Assembly (NCBI RefSeq): GCF_006345805.1
Contig: NC_043022.1
Span: 13,144,001-13,208,000, forward strand
Reading direction: 5' to 3'
DNA length: 64,000 nucleotides
Source: Octopus sinensis
Lineage: Eukaryota
The notes below the pieces were generated by a model. That model saw only the letters and a list, made by a program, of their open reading frames with translations, had not been told where the DNA came from and searched no databases. Of this stretch, positions 54,232 to 64,000 are shown one piece after another (position 1 is the first letter of the stretch; each line of letters opens with the position of its first letter). Made by a program: the position numbers and the translations under genes.

Positions 54232-54437
54232 TCTCTTTTCTCTTTTACTTGTTTCAGTCATTTTGACTGTGACCATGCTGGAGCACCGCCTTTAATCGAG
54301 CAAATCGACCCCGGGACTTATTCTTTGTAAGCCTAGTACTTATTCTATCGGTCTCTTTTGCCGAACCGCTAAGTGACGGGGACGTAAACACACCAGCATC
54401 AGTTGTCAAGCAATGCTAGGGGGACAAACACAGACAG

Positions 54438-54468
<31 letters not shown>

Positions 54469-54630
54469 CATATATACGACAGGCTTCTTTCAGTTTCCGT
54501 CTACCAAATCCACTCACAAGGCATTGGTCGGCCCGGGGCTATAGTAGAAGACACTTGCCCAAGATGCCACGCAGTGGGACTGAACCCGGAACCATGTGGT
54601 TGGTTAGCAAGCTACTTACCACACAGCCAC
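54232..54630 (-). mobile_element. tRNA-derived SINE, family C, apparently full length
   Basis: Reverse complement starts GTGGCTGTGTGGTAAGTAGCTTGC...GGTTCAGTCCC (A/B boxes); partial copies at ~22080-22230, 30790-31010, 41800-41930, 43720-43870, 48590-48730, 63220-63385. Confidence 0.8.
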
Positions 54631-55199
54631 ATATATATATATGTTCTTAAAATTTAAATCTACATCTTTATCTGTATATCTACCTTCTCTAAAATGTTAC
54701 TACTTGATTTGAAAGCTTTTATATTATTGGAAAACCTATATAATTGGCTGAAAAGCACTCAGCATCTTAAATCTGCTGTAATTCTTACAACTTTTAACAA
54801 AATGTTGTGGTGTGAAACAATTGTACCAAATTACCAGAGTCATTCTTGTTGCTTATTTTTGATTTTATATATACACACACACACACACACATACATACAT
54901 TGTGTGCGTGTGCACAATCTGTAGTATAGTTAATATACCAATAATATATACATCTAATACAGTTCCATTTCACCATCTACTTATAGTATCTTGCCATGCC
55001 ATTTCTTTTTTGGAAGTTCAGCTTTCAGCATTTCTGTGAATGACTTGGGGGTCCTTTCTATTTATATTAGGAGTAATTCTTCATCAAACTACCATCCTTC
55101 ATACCCTCTCTTTGACACATCTGATTCCTTTTATACCTCTCCCTCTCTCTCTCTTTCAGCAGCTCAACGGTATCCTGTCATACATATACACTAAAAGGA

Positions 55200-56870
55200 T
55201 ACATCTTGCAGTAGTACCACATTCACTTCACTTCTTCCTAGCTAGCCTCTACAGCCCCCACATTCATTGCTCATGTTTCACAACCATGCAATAACGTACT
55301 TTGTACACATGCATCATACAATTACTCTTTATTCAGAAGGGGAAAGAGAGAGACAGACAGAGATAGGGGGAGACACAGAGACAGACAGACAGACAGACAA
55401 TCCTTTTGTGTTAGTAGCTAAGTAAATGGCTTCCTCAAATTTTCCCACCCTGTTCTTACTCTGGCTACTACATCCTCTGCTAATTAGTCACCTAAAAATA
55501 ACCGAAACCATTAACTACTTCTATGAAGCTTTTCAACCATTTCAAAGAGAGTTTATTTCCTGGGTCCCCTTATTGTTAACTACTCCTCTTAATCTATCAG
55601 CTTTCATCTGTCACTACTACCTGTGAGCCCACTATTCCCATTGAGCACCCACAGTTTACAAAGGTAGGTGTATAGAATCCATACTTATTCTTTTTTCATT
55701 TTCATATTAAACATGGCCACTTTCCAGATGCCAGTCAAGTTCTGCTGCCTTCTCCTTCTGCTAAGTTTGCTTGGAGGATTCTTAATTCAAGGCTTTGGTT
55801 CCACGTTTGGAATTTCTTCTCAAATCTTTCAACAGATTACTCAACTATAAAAACTAGGTCATCAGCTAAATTCCTTGCTGAACTCATCCACTCTCAACTA
55901 GCAAACAGTATCTCTCAACTAATTTCCTTAGCAACCATCAAACAGCATACAGACTGATATTCTGTCAAAAGTTTTCTCTATGTCAATGAATGCTAAAAGT
56001 ATGGCTCAGATCTTCTGCAGTTATCTCACAAAGAAGTGGGTACTGGTGGTAATTTGCCCTGATACAAACACAAACGACAACTCATCTCAATTGATTCTCT
56101 TCTCAATCTGATGTACTACTTTAACCCTTTCGTTACCAACCCGGCTGAAACCGGCTCTGGCTCTGAGTACAAATGTCTTGTTTTCATAAGTTTTGAATTA
56201 AAATCTTCCACCAAACCTTAGTCACAATTTATGTTCCTAACACCAGCTTAATGATAACTAAGTTATTTTACTAAATTCTTTGTTATATTTAAAATAATTG
56301 AAAGAAACACAGAGCATCTCAACAGAAATACGGTAACGAAAGGGTTAACTTGTAACTTCACTTCTAGGCCTTTGAATTTGATGCTTCCATATGACCCTTC
56401 CCTGTACTCCCTGGTGGGCTATGCCAGTGACTGGCTCATCTCATCTTCTAGAGAATATATTCAGCATTTCCTCAACTATTCCTGATGGTCCAATTGCTTT
56501 GCCAGCTTTCATACCCTCAATCACATTTTCAACAATACAACATCTCCTACAGACTTCAGTGGCTGGTCACTCCATCAAATCTACTTGGGATGGTCTCTCA
56601 TTCTTTCATGCTGTTTTCTCATTCACCACTCCTCATAACATTTCTCAACTCCATCCTCTTGATGTCTCTAAGGTCAAGCGCACTAATGTAACTCTACACA
56701 AACTTTACACTGACACTACTCTGCCATCCAGAATACCTCGCTTGGAACACTGGCTCACCTCATACCTTCAACTTTTCTCTGTGCTTAGTATTCCCTTAGG
56801 ATGCCTAGTTTCTCTTCTACCCACCTAACATTGTACCTCTCCTTTCTTCCACTCTTCCAACATGTGTCTC
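55200..56870 (-). mobile_element. Degenerate LINE (RTE-like) reverse transcriptase relic
   Basis: Minus-strand fragments LAFIDIEKTFDRI (~55960-56000, RT motif) and DACVQSTLLHGCET (~55272-55316, RTE-type post-RT motif) with many stops; interrupted by a MITE. Confidence 0.65.
56120..56348. mobile_element. piggyBac-type MITE nested in the LINE relic
   Basis: TTAA CCCTTTCGTTACC ... GGTAACGAAAGGG TTAA perfect ends; a second copy of this family lies at ~36699-36915. Confidence 0.85.
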
Positions 56871-56876
56871 TTATCA

Positions 56877-57082
56877 TTAATGTATTTCTTTACTGCCCAC
56901 AAGGGGCTAAACACAGAGGGGACAAACAAGGACAGACAAAGGGATTAAATCGATTACATCGACCCCAGTGCGTAACTGGTACTTCATTTATCGACCCCGA
57001 AAGGATGAAAGGCAAAGTCGACCTCGGTGGAATTTGAACTCAGAACGTAACGACAGACGAAATACGGCTAGGCATTTCGCCC
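56877..57082 (-). mobile_element. tRNA-derived SINE, family B (5'-truncated)
   Basis: Reverse complement of ~28115-28320. Confidence 0.8.
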
Positions 57083-57966
57083 GACTTCATCTCCAACATC
57101 ATTCCATCACAATATCACTTCCTGCCAGACTAAAAACTCACACCAAAAACACATCTCTTCAGTGACTTGCAGTAAGGTGTTTCACAGAAATTCCCAAATG
57201 TTTTTCCAAGGTATACTCTCCCTCCTTCTCAAAAAAATGTCGCCTAAAACTTTCTCGAACCTCCAGCTAGCACTTTCTTTTCCCAGAATGCCTTATATTT
57301 TCTTTTCCCAGAATGCCTTATATTTTCTTTTCCCAGAATGCCTTATATTTTCGGCTTCATTTAGTTTCTAGTCAGGCGTTACTCATCACAACTTTCTGTC
57401 ATGTCACACAATCACAACCAGAGGAAGAAAAGATTGGTATGCATGAAAATTTATTCAGTAAAACTTCTTTTATATGCAAACAATTTTTTCTATACACTTT
57501 TCAGTAATATATGATTTTCTTTCTTCGCTTTGTGTAAAACTCACCTTGTGATTAAATGCTACAAATTGGGGTCGGGGGGGACAAAAGGTTGAAAATGTGT
57601 TAAATTGAATAAAACAAGTTTTATTTGTTAACATGGGTCTATTATATATCAACGTGTATAAAAATATATACACAAAACGGTTTCCATGTAAAAAATATTT
57701 ATGTGAAAACAATTTTGTATCTTACAGAGATGTACTTGCATAGCAAGTGACCTGATCTGAGATCGTGTGCTGGAACGAAAACAATTGCAGCATAGAAGGT
57801 GTTTATAAGCCATTTAAGAAACACACAAAATCCATTAGATTCACTTCAAAATTTAAATTTAATTTGTCAAAATATTTTTGTCGCTTTGAGACCGCGACCT
57901 GTTCACTGACAAAACTCCGTGCTGCATCTTTATACAATTTTGTATCTTTATTTTGTTATAGATAGA

Positions 57967-58808
57967 TACATGGTATCAAAAAGTTCCCGGACCAGTTGTG
58001 TGTAGTAGAAAATAACTTATTTACCTAAGTTTTAGCCTCATCTTCTATGAAATAGTCACAGCAATACCCCAGCAATACCCCAGTCCCAGTGTTCCTGCCA
58101 GTTTTGGGATCCACAGCCTGGAAGTAATTTTTCGTGAGTCAAGGACTTTTTGCGATTCACTCTTGATCTTGACAACAGTGTTAAAACTGCAACTTTTGAG
58201 CAGCATTTTCATCTTGGGGAAGAGATGGAAATCCACAGGTGCTAAATCTAGTGAATTGGGCAGGTGTGGAAGTAATACCATGCTGTTTTTGGCAAGAAAC
58301 TCACAAGTGAGGAGAGCTCAATGACAGGGGATATTGTCATTACGAAGAATTCTTTGTGCTCCACACATCCAATCACTTTTGCCAAATGTCTTCCTTCAAA
58401 ACATCGTTGATTGTCCTCCAAATTTCCGGAGTGACACTCACATCAGGTTTTCTCAGATTGCTCATTGTCTTCCAAAGACATCCTTCCACTCTTGAAGCTC
58501 CCATGCCACTCGACTCATCACCATAAGTTTGCCAAAGCATGCTCTGTGTCTGTGTAGCAGTTTAACACAAAACTTCACACTGGCTCTTTGTTCCAACTTC
58601 CTGCTCATGACAAAAATCACAGACTACAGCATACACACGTGATCACAAAAACACAAATTTCACAACTTGCAAAGTAAACACAGCAATGCCACTCAGCACA
58701 TTGCCTCATCAAGGCCAGTGCTAGCTCTCGTTGCATACACAACCATGTGCTGCCATCAGTTGGCACACTACAGAACTAGTCCAGGAAGATTTTGATACCA
58801 CCTCATCT
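57967..58808 (-). mobile_element. Internally deleted, degenerate mariner (Tc1/mariner) element
   Basis: Imperfect TIRs (TA CATGGTATCAAAAAGTTCCCGGACCAGT / ACTAGTCCAGGAAGATTTTGATACCACCTCA); minus-strand remnants QSMLWQTYGDE..FKSGRMSLEDNEQS (HTH region) and EFLAKNSMVLLPHLPNSLDLAPVDFHLFPKMK (YSPDLAP motif). Confidence 0.85.
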
Positions 58809-60419
58809 ATAATAGAAATATTTACCACAATAAAACTTACTTTATTCAAATATATATAACACATTTTCAACCCTTTGTTATTGGACACACGCATGCGCAC
58901 ACACACAAATAATTTGTAGCATTTAAGGACAAGGTCTTAACCAGAAGTGGTTTCTAATTTATGTACAAGGCCAGCAATTATGATGGTGAGTGGTTAGTGA
59001 TTGCAGCTACTTTAATTTATCAACCTTTAATGAATGAAAGGCAACGTTGACCTCAGCAGGGTTTGAACAAATGCCACTGTGCAATTTTTCTCCCCCAACC
59101 TACCATCAAGGTTGTTTTTAACTAATAAATAAAAGTATGGCTAAAACTGAGACTGGCAAATATTGTTTTTCCTTCATATAAGGTGAGAGAGGTTGCATTG
59201 TCAAAACGCCAGATTTGAACAATGCATACGTCTTGCATGGATGAATTTTCAAGCAGAGAGACAAGGGGTGGAGGAAGGGAGATGGGGAGGTGGAGAGATC
59301 AACATACAAAATATCGGGAGGGGGGGGTTACACAAAAATGTAATGGCAGCATTATATCTGATACTGCATTTTACTCCAGTAAACAGGGAAGGGTGCTGTA
59401 TTTACAATAGGATTTCAAATACAATGCAACTCCTTTTTGTAACTAAAAAATCGATAATATATTTTATCCTCTTATCTTTCTTTCTTTTTTTTTTAGTAAG
59501 AGGGGGGGGTATAATGCTGCCTCCCCCATTTTGACCTTGATGTTTTGTATTAAATTTCTCACATACATGAGTAAACATGATGCATGTGCGTTATCCCTCT
59601 CTCTATATATATATAGAGTGTGACATACAGACAGACAGAAATAAGGTAACACCAAACATTGATATGGCTAGTTGTTCTTATACCAGTATCCAATGCAGTA
59701 AATATATGTCTGTAATACACTTAATGTGTATGTGCTAGTACAGTTAATGTATATCATTGTGCAGTGATGTTTGATAGGACAGTTTAATCTACGTCTGCAA
59801 TACAATTACTACATCCTTGAGAATTAGACATCTTTGCTACCAAAATTTACACCAGGCTCTGGTGCCTATTTCGGTTTACAAAATAACTCATTGGTGTGAC
59901 TAATGCTATAAAGTACCTTTTAAAGTGATGGATGATGGTATAATTACCAATAAACCTTATCAAAGTAGTCCATGCTTATCTCACACCTGTGCTTAGGGTG
60001 TGGGGGAAATCTATTGAAGACTACCATGAAACTTTGACCCAATGTAGCTTTCAGTTACTAAGTAACTTGACATTACATTCAACAAGGACAAAATATCTTT
60101 TCCTAGTAATGCCAAACAAAAACTACTAAAGTCTGTTTAGTTACTACCTTAAGCGTGTTTCTCCTTTCTTACTAATTTTGTGTTAAATTTTGGTACAAAA
60201 GTATTTTCTCTTCATAGTATTAGCTTTGCCCCATGGACAAAAGTTGCACCTCGTTTTTTTTTCTTTTTTTCCCCAGTTTAACTCAAGTATTAAAAAGCCC
60301 AACTTATACACAAGTAAACATGGTCATTCAACTCCAACTAAACCCTGCTTTCCATTGTAGAAAAAACAGTTCCTTAGTGTTGCCTTCTCACCTATCTTCT
60401 CTCAAGTCCCACTAAATCT

Positions 60420-61300
60420 TAAAGTCGAGGTTTCTGGAACTACAATCTCAGCGTCCTTTCACTGTACGATAAACCCATCACTTTACCAGATCTTTTACTC
60501 ACTCTGAGCAAAATTTCTCATCAACTGGAAAGGAGCCTATGGTTATCATAGAAAGGGGTTAAAACATTTTTTTTTTGTTTTGTTATTTTACATCATGGCT
60601 ACCTTAGACTACACATTGATTAATAAGCAACCCTGTTCATATTTTGTCACAAAGGATAAAAACAAAGAATAATGTTCTTCATTGGCATATTGAGTTAGTT
60701 AACACTCTACTCAATCTACAATTAGGACATCCAACACATCCCTGGCAAAGCTAACAGCAGCCTATGCTATTACCCGATGCCACTCTACAACATTGTTTCC
60801 AAGGAACACTATTTATATAAGCTTTTGTATCATCCTGGAGTGACTCAATTATAGCAGTATGTCAGGTCTAAAAACTTACACCTCATATGGTCGGAACGGA
60901 AACCACAGTTCCTCATCCCCCACAACCATCTGAGTCACAGCGTCAACTACAAAGACCTTTTACCATTGTCTATCTCTTACTGCTTGCAATCAGAGACGAA
61001 TAATCAAGTTTTCACTTTACAGTTCCACAGTCAGATATGTCAGCTCCTGTAGCTTTTACTGTCTTCAAAAATATATTCTTCACGTTTGTTGCCCCAGTTT
61101 CAATCGCTTCAGACTAGTGACCCCTAATGTAAGTCTCAAGCTATTTGAACTTTAGTGAAGAACAATAACCTTGTTGAAACTGTAAACAGCTCCATACCAT
61201 CCAACTGGAAAATAAAAGAACCTCTAAAAGGAGCACTGTGAAGAAATACAGCACTTCCTTTTTATTCAAGAAAGCTGGCAAACAATAGATTGAGATTTTA
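60420..61300 (+). mobile_element. Degenerate Gypsy-type LTR retrotransposon pol relic (RNase H to integrase)
   Basis: Frameshifted peptides in pol order: SEQNFSSTGKEPMVIIE (RNase H EKE-like), KNNVLHWHIEL, DIQHIPGKAN, HPGVTQL-QYVRSKNL (integrase Zn region), LLAIRDE-SSFHF, SDMSAP, APYHPTG (integrase core). No LTRs identified. Confidence 0.7.
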
Positions 61301-62262
61301 AAGGATAACTACCCTATAAAATTAAATCCTTCCTTTACACAGTGACAAACTTGATGCTTCATGGAAGACTAAACTTCACCATCACTTACCAAAGGGACAG
61401 TCTTTATATGGAGGGCTGCATGAACCTGGAGAAGTTTTACTTTGATGGTTTAATACTAACAACAAATATGAGCCAAAAGCTGACTATATTGATGTGTAAT
61501 TGATGCTACACATCACAGTGCTCACATCTGATACCAAAATGATCAAACTGACATTGTCTTAATTGAAGATATAAGCAAATTCTAGAAGACCAAGCTTCAC
61601 AGAAAATACAGTTAAAATATCTAACAATGAATATGAGCCATATGCTTGGACATATTACAAAGATGATCAAATCAACACTGACCCATGTGAAGATACAGCC
61701 AAACCTGAAAGACCAAACTCCACAGGAAATCACTCAACCTCTGATTCTACTGAACAAAGTTCCATTGATTTCTGCTGGGTTGTTGATTTTTAAGAATCCA
61801 GTCCAAAGAATCCCCCGAGTTCATTGACGGATGTTTCATCAATGACTACCACAGTGACAATGTACTGAGACCTCAAGCTCAACAAACAGGTGAAAGGGGA
61901 ACGGCCCCTCCACCTAGTGTTGATCTGATTAGTAAAGAGCAAACAACCACAAATCTATTATAAAAACTTCTACATCACTCAATAAGGAACTGGAAACCAC
62001 CACAAAGACTAAATGCACTAATGACTGGTATGAAATCATTGTTATGATGTGTTGAAGGTAGGCAACCAGCCATTTGCAATAAAACAAACACATTTGGACT
62101 TAAATTTCAAATAATGAAGCTGAAGACATTGGCAAAAAAATTCAATTCCCAGCAAATGTTTCGATCATAACATTGATTACAGGTCTATGGGGCAATCAAT
62201 GTTTATATACTGTTAATAGAAGTCCATAGTTACAATTGACATACATCTACAGTGCAGATAGC

Positions 62263-62459
62263 ATACATCTGTAGAGCAGTTGACGTACATCTGTAGAGCA
62301 GTTGACGTACATCTGTAGAGCAGTTGACGTACATCTGTAGAGCAGTTGACGTACATCTGTAGAGCAGTTGACGTACATCTGTAGAGTAGTTGACGTACGT
62401 CTGTAGAGCAGTTGACGTACATCTGTAGAGCAGTTGACGTACATCTGTAGAGCAGTTGA
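62263..62459. repeat. 22-bp minisatellite, ~9 copies
   Basis: ACATCTGTAGAGCAGTTGACGT repeated with two single-base variants. Confidence 0.93.
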
Positions 62460-63446
62460 AATATGTCCATAGTACAGGTGAAACATGCCTATACTATATA
62501 CATATGCCAAAGGTAGTCCAGCTACTATGTCTACAGTTTGGTTAAAATATGTCCAAGGTGCAAATAATGCATTCTATAGCAAGGGTGCATTTAGTTAAAA
62601 TGTTACTTTAACAGTTGAAGTACATCTACAGTATAGCATTACAAGTAATATATGACCACAATACAGTAATTATACACCTGTATTTTATACAGTCAACATA
62701 TATGTAGAAAACAGTTAATCCATGTTTACAATATAGAAAATATCTGCAGTAAGAGCTCATGCGTCTGAAATATATCTATGTCTACAGTACAGCAATTATA
62801 TCGATACTAGAGTCCGTATATGCATCAAGCATTGAAACCTATCTATAATGCAGCTATTCAATATATGTTGTCTCCTAAATTTCTCATGTAACACTGATAT
62901 TTCTGTAGTTCAGCTAATGCATTATATAACACGCAGATACGACAGGTGTTCGTTATTGATAATATGTATAATACAGTCAATATGTATTGGCATCGTCATT
63001 GTTTTAACATTCTCTTTTCCATGCTTGCATGAATCAGACAGAGGAAGTGTTTCTATAGCCAGATGTCCTTTCTGCTGCCAATCCTCGCCTGCTTCCAAGC
63101 AAGGAAATATTCCCCAACGGCTAATTGGGCCCAGACAGGTTTATGCCGAATATTGGAAATGAACATCACTACATATGATGGCAAGACAAGAATGGACAGA
63201 TGAACATGGGGACAGACACACAGACACACGATGGGCTTCTTTCAGGTTCCATCTACCAAATTCACTTACAAGGCTTTGACTGGCTCAGAGCTATACTAGA
63301 AGACACCCATCCAAGCTACACATTGGGACTGAGCCCCAAAAACCATATGGTTGCAGACAATAAAATTCTCAGTCACACAACCACACCTGTACCTGTGATG
63401 ACATTATATATATACATACATATTTTATATACATACATACATATTT

Positions 63447-63480
<34 letters not shown>

Positions 63481-64000
63481 ATATTATTCACACACACACA
63501 CACAAAAAAAAAATTCTCAGAAAAAAAATATTACAGTTTATACACACTTCTCAGAAACAAAATATTACATTTATACACACTTGTTTTAATTTTATGCTGT
63601 TCCAAATGTGTATATAGATAAACAGTTACTGTATGTTTTGTACGACAAGAAACTCAATCCATGCCAGCATGGAAGACAGGCATTAACAGAGGGTGGTGGT
63701 GGTGATAATGATGTTTGTTGTACAGTAGTTAATAAGACTGATACTTATTTATGTCTGCAGTAATGACAGTGAGGATTAATATCTAAAAATATAATTAAAG
63801 ACTGCAAGAAAAAAAAACATATATATACACACACATACACAGAAATTAATTAATTGAAAAAACCCTCCAGTAATTGCAGCTAAGTGGGATTATTTTTTTT
63901 TAATCAAGTGAAAACAGAATTCTTCAATAGTGATTAAACAAGATTGAGATTACTAATAAATTGATGATACGGAGATAGATACTGGTTGCAGGTGCATGTT

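Overview
Eukaryotic, AT-rich genomic DNA packed with microsatellites, SINEs and MITEs. The repeat landscape resembles an octopus/coleoid cephalopod genome; this is inferred, not verified by search. The whole window lies inside one minus-strand gene, the split ends/SHARP (SPEN, Msx2-interacting protein) orthologue. I reconstructed 11 coding exons by hand with phase-consistent splice sites: 31279-31443, 25851-26342, 24863-25041, 23937-24048, 23625-23713, 22330-22478, 20925-21050, 20358-20585, 10459-10643, 9511-9708, and a giant exon from 8304 that runs off the left edge. Together they give about 3,400 codons, including RRM2-4. The supplied ORF track misses the giant exon. The N-terminal RRM1 exons and the C-terminal SPOC domain were not found in the window. 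Introns hold tRNA-derived SINEs, piggyBac- and Tc1-type MITEs, relics of mariner, Tc1, Gypsy and RTE-like LINE elements, and several minisatellites. The most notable observations are: (1) a 1.9-kb, apparently young foldback element with ~600-bp modular inverted arms and an exact target-site duplication; (2) a loop-less 130-bp palindrome between RRM2 exons; (3) a pair of same-phase 5' splice sites bracketing an in-frame TGA, a possible poison or edited exon extension; (4) a GC-AG intron in front of the giant exon; (5) a minisatellite that creates a ~330-nt AG-free zone before an acceptor. No CRISPR array, rRNA or intact tRNA gene is supported.
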